Positions 1 to 9,424 of a DNA stretch of 20,130 nucleotides are shown here, piece by piece. The stretch spans positions 1 to 20,130 of the forward strand of contig VJWM01000397.1 of the NCBI GenBank assembly GCA_010909165.1, in the 5' to 3' direction. Position 1 is the first letter of the stretch; each line of letters starts with the position of its first letter. The DNA is from Anthoceros angustus. Taxonomy: Eukaryota; Plantae; Anthocerotophyta. The notes beneath the pieces are model-generated. The model made no database searches, was not told the DNA's origin, and was given only the letters and a program-made list of their open reading frames with translations. Position numbers and translations under genes: made by a program.

Positions 1-1068
1 TATCTTAATAATATGTGTATTTTCTCTGAGAGACATTTTTATTAGTTGATGGTGCATTTTTCATAGACTATATTGGACAGTGTGAAGTACGATGAACCTC
101 TACCATCGGGTTGGTTGGGGCTGAGCTCTGTTGCTGAAGGTGTGTCCAAATGGCTTAGGCCAAATGGACACACATTTATAAGAACGTCGTAAGCATCCTG
201 AGCTTAGATCGGTACTTAGATGGGGGTGCCTGAAGGGAGTGGATGCCCTTGGTGCAAGTAGCTTAGGCACACCATGGTACAAGTTGTTAAGTACCAAGTC
301 CCATGATGGAAGTCCGACCTTAGTGGACTTCATAGAAGTCTTCTTCTTCTTCTTCTAGTCCAAGTCCCACCGCTACGACAGTAGATTAGGACGAGCATCT
401 TCTGGAAAGCGAAAGAGCTCATGGCCAAGCCTGGAATCTCCGTGGACAGCTAGTTGTGGCCTGCCCAAAGACCTCCCGAGCATGAGCTTGTCTCAATGAT
501 ACTTGGTGGCACTTGTTCTTCATCGGCTTACCTTAGCACCCCGAAGTCGACCAATGACCATGTGTGGAAGAAGGTTGCAGGTGCCCATGCTACATTCTCC
601 AGGTGCAGGTGCCAATGCTACTTTCTCCAGGTGCAGTCCAGCCTTGCTCTTCTGCAGCAATTTGCCAGGTCCTGAGCACAGCTTAACTGCCTGCTGTTCA
701 GCAGCTTTGTAGGCACCGCCATTCACCGTCCAGGTCAGTCCACCAACCCTGGCCTGGCTGCTGTGGAGGCTGTGGGTTAGTGCGCGTAGCGAGGACGCGT
801 TTGTGAGCGGCCTATCCTTGTCCATGCACCTCCGACAGCGGTCCCTGAACCATGGCCACAGCGAAGGCTGAAGCTTCTTTTCTTCTCTTTGCAGGTCATT
901 GGCTTTCAGGCGGGACCCAACAAATTGGTGTGTACAGGGATTCTGAGGAGCTCCTGCTAACCTCATCTTAGGAGTCGACCCCTGGCAAGCAAAGCCTCCA
1001 GGTGCAGCAGTGTAAAGAGCCCAGCACTTCCACATCCGAGAAATGTGTGTGGGGGACGGTTTTCCACG

Positions 1069-3491
1069 ATGGTCGTTGCCAGGAGCAGGAGCACTTGTGG
1101 CAACAATTTTTCTGGACCCTACCATGTGGTGGGACAACAGACGACAAGAAGAGCTCCTGACTTCCGCTGTAAGGGGTCCGGCGAGGTGCTGTGGTTAAAC
1201 AACATGTTTAAGCCAGCTTGGGTTGATGAGCAGCTCATTTCCTTGGATATCCAGATGGGCCATGGTGCCTCTCCTTTCGAGTCCAGCTCTCAGGATAAGC
1301 GTGAACCTGGGAGGCGTGCAGGATCGGAAATGGGCGTCGTGACTGCTGTTACCGTGAGCACGTTATGTCAGGAGGGAAAGCTTTGTGAGGCCGTTGGAGC
1401 CCTGGAATCTCTGGCGCAGACAGACTTTGCTGTTTCTCAGTCTCTGTTGTCCACTGTGCTACAACTGTGTACAGCTAAGAAGGATTTGGTTGTGGGGCGT
1501 CGAGTTCATGATCTCACTGCCAAACTTGGGTACGAGTCGAGTGCATACTTGGGGTACCATATCTTGCGCATGTATGCAGGTGAAGGTAGGCTGCAGGAGG
1601 CCATGGATGTGTTCACCAGGGTGGGCAAACCAGATGTTTTCATGTGGTCTTCTATCATCTCTGCCCATGCTAAACATGGGAAGCCTAATGAGGCATTACA
1701 ACTGTACCATGAGATGCGTAGGTCAGGAGTGAAGAATTATAATGCATACTGAAAAAGCCAAGATCACATGCACTAGACTAGTATGTTAGCATTACCTGCT
1801 AACTTCATTTTGTAGCTGCCCTTCAGGCTTGTGCATTTGCTGCGACTTGAATCAGAAAAGTGCACCACGATGTGGTGCAGAGTGGCATTCCTAACTTGTT
1901 TGTTGGCAACTGCCTGGTGGACATGTATGCAAAATGGTGAACTGAAAGATGCACGCCAGGTTTTTGACAGCATGGTCACAAAGGATGTGGTGACATGGAC
2001 AGCGCTGATCGCCGGGTATGCACAGCAAGGACTCAGCCAAGAGGCGCTTGTTGTGTATGGACAAATGGAGGAGGCGGGCCTCATTTTGGCCAACCATGTT
2101 ACTTTTTCTTGCCTTCTGAGGGCCTGTGCAAGCACTGGCGCCTTACAGAAGGGCAGGCAGCTGCACTCACAGATTGTCGAAAGAGGTCTGCTGGCTGACG
2201 TAGCAGTGGGCAACTGCCTGGTGGACATGTATGCAAAATGTGGTGAGCTGGAAGGTGCACGCCAGATTTTTGACAGCATGAACACAAAGAATGTGGTGAC
2301 ATGGACAGTCCTGATTGCTGGGTATGCACAGCACGGACTCGGCCAAGAGGCGCTTGTTGTGTATGGACAAATGGAGGAGGCGGGCCTCATTCTGGCTAAC
2401 CATGTTACTTTTGCTTGCCTTCTGAAGGCCTGTGCAAGCACTGGCGCCTTACAGAAGGGCAGGCAGCTGCACTCACAGATTGTCGAAAGGGACTGCTGGA
2501 TAACGTAGTGTTGGGCACCTGCCTGGTGGACATGTATGCAAAATGTGGTGAACTGGAAGATGCACGCCAGGTTTTTGACAGCATGACACAAAGGATGTGG
2601 TGACATGGAATGCCCTGATATCTGGGTATGGCTTGTGATGAAGGTCACAAGGCACTAGCTTGTTTTGAGGAGATGTTAGTTGCCGGTATTCAGCCTAATG
2701 ATGCTTTTACTTGCCTTTTAGTAGCATGCAGTCATGAGGACTGGTCCGAGGGTCGCAAGCACTTTGATTCCATGGCTGAACAGCATGGCATCAAACCTAC
2801 TATTGAGCATTACACCTGTGATTGATCTTCTTGGGCGTGCAGGCCATTTAGATGAGGCAGAGAAGATGCTATTATCATGTGAGGCCAAAGTAATGTTGTG
2901 GGATTGACGTCTTTGTTGAATGCCTGCAAAAGTCACGGGGATATAGAGGGCGATGTGGTGTTTTGAAAGCATTGTTAGGCTGGACCTCAGAGGCGTCTGC
3001 GTATGTGCTCATGGCCAATGCCTATGCAGATGCAGGTAGGTGGACCGATGTAGACAGGATTGAAACACAGAGAAGGCAGCAGGAGCTAACAAGAAACCTG
3101 CAGTGGCGACCATTGAGGTGAATAAGCAGGTACATAGATTTCTGGTGGGAGAAAGGAGAGGATATTGCGCTTAAGGTAGAGAGCACGAATGCACGTGAAG
3201 CAGGAAGGAGGCCACATACCTCACACAAAGTTAGTGTTGAAGCCACTGTGTGAGAAGGAAAAGGAAGATGTGCTTTGTGGGCATGCTGAGAAGCTAGCTC
3301 TGGCGTTTGGTCTCTTGAACACTCCGAGTGGGACGCCTCTGGTGGTAACGAAAAATCTACGCATGTGCAGTGACTGCCACAGTTCCACGGAGATCATGTC
3401 AAGGCTTGAACAGAGAGACATTGTTGTAAGGGACGGGTACCGTGTGCATCGATTCGCAGCTGGTTGTTGCAGTTGTAAGGGTCGACCGTGA
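1069..3491 (+). CDS. PLS-class pentatricopeptide repeat protein with E1/E2 and DYW:KP (GRP-ending) deaminase-like domain; candidate organellar U-to-C RNA editing factor; frame broken in this sequence
   Basis: ORF pieces 1045-1752, 1831-2508, 2415-2603, 2628-2825 and 3189-3491 give consecutive L/S/P motifs (e.g. VVTWTALIAGYAQQG, VAVGNCLVDMYAKCG) and L2/S2 motifs (IEHYTC, LLGRAGHLDEAE). KKPAVATIEV (3091-3120) replaces the PG box. HAEKLA (3282-3299), CSDCH (3366-3380) and CSCKGRP-stop (TGA 3489-3491) follow. The start is uncertain: ATG 1069 was chosen, and the N-terminus is transit-peptide-like. There are many 1-3 nt deletions and a 60-bp insertion at 1735-1794. Confidence 0.93.
1735..1794. other. 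60-bp AT-rich insertion interrupting a PPR P motif (GVK|PANF)
   Basis: The PPR consensus reads ...SGVK (ends 1734) and resumes at CCTGCTAAC = PAN (1795). The intervening 60 nt contain an in-frame TGA (1750) and imperfect inverted ends (taatgcatact ... agtatgttagcatta). Confidence 0.6.
1911..2610 (+). repeat. Internal tandem repeat of an S-P-L PPR triplet (~306 bp period, ~2.3 copies)
   Basis: tgcctggtggacatgtatgcaaaa recurs at 1911, 2215 and 2520. The triplets are near-identical at DNA level. Confidence 0.9.
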
Positions 3492-4063
3492 GAATAATGA
3501 TCAGCTGTTCATCGGAGGGTGAGGCTAAAATTTCTTCGTCAAAACAATCTGTGATAGGCCTCCCCCTCGCCAAAGAATCTCCTGCCCTCGGGAGGAAAGG
3601 CAACCAAACCAATTGAGCTGCAGGAGCAAGCTTTGTATTGGAGTGGCAGTGGTGTGCTATGCGGTGGATGTATCATGCCGCCTCAGTGAGTTTTGGTTCC
3701 ACTACGGTTCCTTCGCTGGTTCCTTTCCTTCACGGTTTTGGAACCTCTCTATACAGTGGTTTTCTTTTGCACAGGCAACATGTGGATGACAGGATTTGGC
3801 GGGTGGCGCGGCGCCCTTTTCTCCACGGAATCTTGGAAGGAACCCAGAGCATCGCCAAATTTCTAAGCACTGTGTCTAGAGACCGGATTCTCAACTGGGA
3901 TGTGCTCAAGTTGAAATTGCAAAGATGGTTGTCTTACCTTTATTAATATGATTTAGATATATTACAGCTATCCGACTCATCACCGTCAACTTTATATCTT
4001 TTACCATATTTACTGGTTTAATTAAACCATGAGAATACAATGTATCACACAACGGCTCGGTCG

Positions 4064-4502
4064 TATATTTTCTAACTGATTGATCGGCCCAGAAAGTATG
4101 TTTCTAACTGATTGATCGGCCCAAGAAAGTATGTTTCTAACTAATCGGCCCGAAAAAGTATGTTTCTAATCGATTGATCGCCCAAGAAAGTATGTTTCTA
4201 ACTAATCGCCCGAGAAAGTATGTTTCTAACTAATCAGCCTGAGAAAGTATGTTTCTAACTAATCGGCCCGAGGAAGGTCTTTCATCTCGAGGATTCATCC
4301 TATCACGCCCGAGGAAATATGTTTCCAAGTAATTGACCGGGCCCGAGGAAGTATGTTTCTAACTGATTGATTGGCCCAAGGAAGTATGTTTCCAATTACG
4401 GAGCGAGGAAGTATGTTTCTAATTGATCGATTGGCCCGAGGAAGTATGTTTCAATTAATCAGCCTAAGGAAGGTCTTTGTATGAGGATTCGTCTATCATG
4501 CC
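4064..4502. repeat. Minisatellite, ~27-33 bp unit with core gaaagtatgtttctaa, about 11 units, plus two related interrupting segments
   Basis: The core (g/a)tatgttt occurs at ~4096, 4129, 4158, 4190, 4218, 4247, 4317, 4351, 4384, 4411 and 4444. The interruptions aggtcttt...gaggattc..ctatca are at ~4275-4306 and ~4471-4502. Confidence 0.9.
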
Positions 4503-4986
4503 TTTTGTTCATCTATCTCACAAATGTGTTAGGTCTTTTGTCAACTAGATGAGTATTTATATTCCACTTAATTCAGAGACGCCCGAGTATTCATATTCCA
4601 ATCAAATCAGAGGGGCCAAGGAACTTACATACAACTCAAGAAAATAAAACTGCTTAAGTGATTTTTAGTTAGATGTCTAATTCCCTACTTCCAAATGTTT
4701 TATAGCTCATCATATATTTTAGAAAAATACTTTAATGATAAAATAAATATTTTCATATCCAACGTAGCTTTTGAAGAGGATAGTGGCAAGTCTTGGTACT
4801 AATAAGGCCATCTGTAGCTATAATACTGCAATAACCTGCAAAGCGCTCGATTTTAGACTTTTGGGGTAGTTTTGGAGGATTACCTCTTTTAATAATTATT
4901 AGAACTCTTTATTAATTATAATATGTAATTTGTTTTTACCTTTTAATTTATGCATTCTAAAACCAGAAAGATCATCTCAAATATAG

Positions 4987-5053
4987 AACTAAGCTGGTGG
5001 ATCCACCCTCATGAAGTGGAAACTAAGCTGGTGGATCCACCTCATGAAGTGGA
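4987..5053. repeat. Direct tandem duplication of ~34 bp containing the palindrome ggtggatccacc
   Basis: aactaagctggtggatccaccctcatgaagtgga (4987-5020) is repeated at 5021-5053 with one C fewer. Confidence 0.9.
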
Positions 5054-5146
5054 AGAAGAAATCAGGTGACTAGTAGTTATTTTAGTTTTATGCCAAGGAA
5101 ATGTTTGTCAGTTTTTACTTTTAAGAAGCCTGTGTTGAGACAACCT

Positions 5147-5230
5147 GTCAGGATGGCCGAGTGGTCTAAGGCGCCAGACTCAAGTTCTGGTCTTCGAAAG
5201 GGGGCGTGGGTTCAAACCCCACTTCTGACA
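5147..5230 (+). tRNA. tRNA-Leu(CAA): tRNA-Leu, anticodon CAA, intronless, long variable arm
   Basis: GTCAGGATGGCCGAGTGGTCTAAGGCGCCAGACTCAAGTTCTGGTCTTCGAAAGGGGGCGTGGGTTCAAACCCCACTTCTGACA. The acceptor stem GTCAGGA/TTCTGAC and the anticodon stem CCAGA/TCTGG around CTCAAGT are present, as are the A and B boxes. The upstream region is AT-rich with a CAA just before the gene, as in plant nuclear tRNA genes. Confidence 0.97.
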
Positions 5231-5311
5231 TCGCGGAGCATGATAAAAGAACTCTTCCCTTTCAAGAATCCTTGTTGGCCATGGAATGTTGGCTCACCTT
5301 CGAATCAGCCT

Positions 5312-5596
5312 GGCCTCTCCGAATCCACTGGGATCGAATTCGTCGATTCTTCAGTGCATTAACTGCTTCAGGGACGGCCTCTCCGAATCCACTGGGATCG
5401 AATTCGTCGATTCTTCAGTGCATTAACTGCTTCAGGGCTGCTTCAGGTGATTCTTCAGTGCATTAACTGCTTCAGGGCCGTCCCTGAAGCAGCGGGATTA
5501 TCGCCCGAGGTCTCCGAATCCACTGGGATCGAATTCGTCGATTCTTCAGTGCATTAACTGCTTCAGGGCGTCCCTGAAGCAGCGGGATTATCGCCC
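5312..5596. repeat. Hairpin-rich ~64-bp tandem repeat array (3 full and 1 partial unit)
   Basis: The unit ctctccgaatccactgggatcgaattcgtcgattcttcagtgcattaactgcttcaggg starts at ~5312, 5376 and 5509, with a partial unit at ~5449. Perfect 11-bp stems ctgcttcaggg/ccctgaagcag occur at 5467-5492 and 5558-5582. Confidence 0.9.
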
Positions 5597-6468
5597 TCCA
5601 ACCTAAAACATGCCCATTATACCCGTGTAGTGCATGATCAGCACTCAGGGGAATTTAAGGTCGACGTGTACGACCACTGGCTGATCCTGTAGTGTACGTG
5701 AATAAGGAGCAAGCCCATCTTCGGCAGACAGACACATTCACACTGGATTCCCATCGGTGCCACGGTGCTACGGGTGACTACATTGTGCATACATGAGAGG
5801 AAAAAGTTAAACAGATTCTGATCAAAATGTATGCCTTGAACACGTGACCGTGTTGTATGGATGAGCTTGCACCCGTCTGAATGGTGCGTGCACGAATGAT
5901 TCCACACACTGATAACATCAGCTCCCGGCGCGCGGGCGGCTATTGAGAATGCAGCTCGAGCAGCTACGCGTACTAGATTTCAGCAATCCTCCCGAAGGCA
6001 ATCCAGATGCAGGTTAGGGTCGACAACACAAGGCCCCGTAAGTTCCCGAGCAGCATATCCGAATTGTCAGAAAAGTTGGAACAGATAACGATGTGGTAGG
6101 GTCAAGGCAACCTCGCATGAGAAAAGATGTGGCGAACCCCAACACATCAAAGGCAAGTGATGGGTGGATTGGACATATCCGTCGGTGCAGTGGTGCACGG
6201 CTTGAGTCCGACATGCAGATTGCAACAACGCCTGCATAATTGAGCGGGCCGGGCGGGGCTGCGTGTGCTGTTTACGTCGTCACGAATACACATTTTTCGT
6301 TGAGTGAATCGCTGGCGCTCCAGTTACCCGCTGCCAGCAACCAGCAACCAGCTACCAGCTGTGGTCTCACCGATCGATGCGAGGCAGCGTATACAGCTGT
6401 CAGGATAAGTGGCCTGCAGCAACTCTAGAGCTCCATCCCGGGCCCCGATCCGGAGGTCCTGCCATCGA

Positions 6469-6476
6469 TATTTAAA
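6469..6476 (+). promoter_or_regulatory. TATA-like box (TATTTAAA) upstream of secreted-protein gene 1
   Basis: It lies ~134 nt upstream of ATG 6603 and is conserved at the equivalent position in copy 2 (11680-11687). Confidence 0.5.
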
Positions 6477-6602
6477 GAGCTGCAGCCTGCTGCAAAACCT
6501 GCGCAAGTTCGCTGCTTCAGCTCGCGTTTGCTCCCAGATACATTGATCTACACGTACGTCTGTTCGTGTCCATCTTGATCCAGTACTCGTCCGACATGGT
6601 GA

Positions 6603-7420
6603 ATGCAGCGCCTCACATGGGTCGCCGCGGGGACGGCTGCGACGGCGATCGCCGCGCTCTTGATGATACTATGCGCATGCGGAGCTCACGATCCGCACCG
6701 TGACTGCTGGCGTGGGTGCACGTAGGAGTGCAGGCTACGCACACTGGTCATCTGCTCCAGAGCGGTGCAGGCACCAGCTGCGGCGTCACCGCGACCGAAG
6801 TGGGAGCCTCCTTCGACGCCTACCGCTCGGGAGACTGCGCCGACTCTGTTGTAGTGGACTGCTGCACCTACTTCGTGGCAGACCTGCAGTACCTGGACCC
6901 GGGCAAGGCCACCGGGGATGAAAAGCAGAGCGCGCTGCCCAACTCATCCAGACCTGCCGCACGGCCTTGCGGAGCGTGGGGCAGGACGGGTGTGCGCGCT
7001 GGTGAGGGACGATCCTGCCACCTTCGGTGTGCTGCAGCCGCTGCTGGACAGGTGCGAGAATCTGAGGGAGCCGTGCGTCCGGACGGCGCCGCCGCCGCCC
7101 TGCGACACCAGCGTGGCTACCGTGAACACCGCCGTGGCAGCGGCCTATGCCTCCTTGCAATCGTGCGGCACCGACGGTTACACAAGGAAGTGCACCGACC
7201 AGGGACCTGCCAAGTACGTACGAGTGCCCTCAGTCGGGTATGTGCGACGACGGCACCCAGTGCAGCTTCGTCCCAGTCGTGGCTCGGAGCTCGTTTGCTG
7301 CGACATCGCGCGCAACGGGCTCTTCGCTGCCGTGCCTTGCTTGGACGTGTGTGGGATCTATCGCATCAGTGCCCAGGCCGAAACTTCCTCACAGTCTGTA
7401 GCGACGTTAGTAGGTGCTAG
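6603..7420 (+). CDS. Secreted cysteine-rich protein, copy 1 (signal peptide + propeptide + 20-Cys mature region), family not recognised; frameshifted in this sequence
   Basis: ATG 6603 gives MQRLTWVAAGTAATAIAALLMILCA (hydrophobic signal-like). Stitching ORFs 6716-7420 and 6918-7445, guided by copy 2, gives ...GHLLQSGAGTSCGVT...DCADSVVVDCC...TC...GC...DRCENLREPC-VRTAPPPPC...QSC...KC...ECPQSGMCDDGTQC...VCC...VPCLDVC...TVCSDVSRC-stop (TAG 7418-7420). Confidence 0.75.
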
Positions 7421-8399
7421 GCGATTGTATCCGCCCACACTTTAGGCCTCAAAACGAAAGAGGTGAGCTTGCTGAATCCGTTGTCGCTGCCTTTGAGGAG
7501 CAAGCGATATGTATCACAGTAAGCCTTGCTCAAGTATATCGTAATTTCCCACGTCCACAAAGCTAAGCAAACGTATCCTACTGTTGCACATGAAAGTCAG
7601 CAAGCTAGTTAAATAATAGACATCCGGTTGAAATAAAGCATCATATGTGTGGAACATGTCAGACGAATGTTAAAAGAAGTTGATGCTTTGTTGGACATCT
7701 ATGTTATGTGTTGCTCCTCCTTTCATCAGTAGCAAATGAGATTTGCGACTCTACGTTTGCCTTGGGCCGCAAGCCCACGGGGTGGCCTGATCACGGAGTG
7801 TTCAAGTAGTCGGTGATGTACATGGACTCACCATCCTGAACTTGGGAAGAGCATCTGCGCTGCGCGCTGGAACAGTCCATTTCTGGAAGACATGGTGGTA
7901 GACTGTTTCTGGATCTTACGGCCCTTTCCCTTCCAAGACGTTGGAACCATAGATGATAGGCGTGGCGCGCTTTTACCCAAGGCCTTGGCATTTCACCCAG
8001 GAAAATGCTCAGCCTCTTTGTGTCTGGAATCCCAGAAACTGGCAGTTGTAGAAGTCAGCAGCTGCCATGGCTTCCTGCTTCGATTTACTTAGCCATGCAG
8101 GTCCATTGTGCCGGATCTGACTTTGCATCATCCCTAGATTCTAGCTTCTACAGCTTTACTCTTATATGGAATCCTGGATAACGATTTGGGTAATGCTCGG
8201 CACTGGTACTGGCCGTCTCAACACGAAGCGAATAACAGCAATGACAGCTATATCATCCGAAGTGCTGGTGCTCGTTCTGGATCACAGCCATGTTGGGCGA
8301 AGCAGTCATGCTGCAGGTAGTGCACTAAGTGGTCGTGAAACTCCGCTGAAATCCTGGTCCTCGAGACCACGCCCTCATGAGCAGGTCCACTAGAATGGC

Positions 8400-9400
8400 A
8401 ATGTTGGCTGAGTTCCATGGGTCGTCAGCGCTGGCAGGTAGTACTAGAGTCTTTCAAAGTACTCAAATGCCCATATGGAAAGAAGGTCGCCATCCTCCAT
8501 GGCCTAAGCACTAGAACCTCCACTCCGAAGCTGTAAACGTTGCTGTTAGGGGATCATGCGCCACCGCTATGCAGCGGACACATTCGGACAACGGCCCACC
8601 CACGGATCCACAATTATGCACACTGGTCATAGTTCAATTACAAACAGATGAGCTGCTGAGATGAAACTGCGATGCCAGGCTGTGAATTGGTCAAGATTTT
8701 TTCAAATGCAGCGTCCCCAACAGCTATTGCCAATGCAGCCTGCGGCACTAAGCTCTGACATCACCGACTGAAGGACAGTTGTTCCTAGCTGATGGCCAAG
8801 TTTTCCGGACGTAGTTTGCAGGGGCGGATATTCTGTTTGTGGGTGCCCCTGGCGATTTAAAAGGCTTTGGTGTTCTGGATCATCGCCTTTCCCGGCACAG
8901 CAAAACTCCTGATCCTCCATTGCAATTTTGGAGCACCCCAGTTTGTCTACACATGATTTTTGCAGACCTGCGAGAAACGTGTGGAGAAATTGGACCCACC
9001 AGTAGCTTGCTGGAAGAATGCGAGTGAGAATACGCAGCTGTTCGTCATGTCCTCGCCGCTCGGTGATGACACACGCCTCCTCAAGGACTTCTTCGCGGTT
9101 GGGAACATGGGTGGGAGGACCCGGTACTTTCTTCTTCACATATGTATTCTCCGTATGGCTAAATACTCTGCGGTTGCTAGTCTACACAATGAAGATGGTA
9201 AAAGAGATTGACAGAACAAGCAGGATCCCATCCAGCCACAAGGTAAATCTATCACAACAAAGATGGTGGAAGAGATTGCCAGGACAAGCAAAGGATCCCA
9301 TCCGACCATGCTGCAATGAAAACCTTGACAGGCCTGCAGGCAAGGCCTTCTGAGTGACAAAAACTGCCGATAAATGGTTGGAACAATTCAAGGCCAGCTC
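8400..9400 (-). pseudogene. Degenerate receptor-like kinase relic (TM/juxtamembrane + kinase fragments), copy 1
   Basis: The minus strand gives NSNVYSFGV (8521-8547, cf. kinase subdomain IX KSDVYSFGV) and GSVG (8598-8609, subdomain VIII-like). A hydrophobic LWLDGILLVLSISFTIFIV segment (~9185-9245) is followed by a basic juxtamembrane stretch. There are many stops and frameshifts, and the boundaries are approximate. Confidence 0.6.
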
Positions 9401-9424
9401 ATGCACAAGCAAAGCGATACTTGA

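Noticed and set aside
1-450. Possible LTR or TE fragment at the left edge
   Set aside because: No terminal motifs, TSD, PBS/PPT or coding similarity that I can support.
520-1137. 205-aa minus-strand ORF and overlapping small ORFs (454-712)
   Set aside because: They have no recognisable motifs and overlap the 5' region of the PPR gene. A short 27-bp duplication (~577-640) and an acceptor-like tract ending at 894 were noted but cannot be tied to a gene model.
1773-2648. 291-aa minus-strand repetitive ORF
   Set aside because: It is the antisense shadow of the PPR repeats.
3638-3946. 102-aa ORF, possible LINE 3' remnant
   Set aside because: TTG start and only vague Trp-rich resemblance; no diagnostic motif.
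4064-4502. CRISPR-like appearance (conserved core with variable intervening sequence)
   Set aside because: The intervening parts are short and homologous to each other rather than unique spacers, there are no cas genes, and the context is eukaryotic.
5312-5596. Palindromic repeats as a CRISPR array, or a tRNA-snoRNA dicistron
   Set aside because: There are no spacers between units. I found no convincing box C (RUGAUGA) with terminal stem and box D arrangement, nor H/ACA architecture.
6603-7420. Secreted protein as S-RNase, EC1/prolamin-like or classic nsLTP
   Set aside because: It has no T2 RNase catalytic His motifs, its Cys spacing does not match EC1, and it lacks the CXC of nsLTPs.
8100-8400. 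Possible second kinase fragment (LVHYLQHDC-like on minus strand)
   Set aside because: Only one short motif in a frame full of stops, out of order with the adjacent kinase relic.
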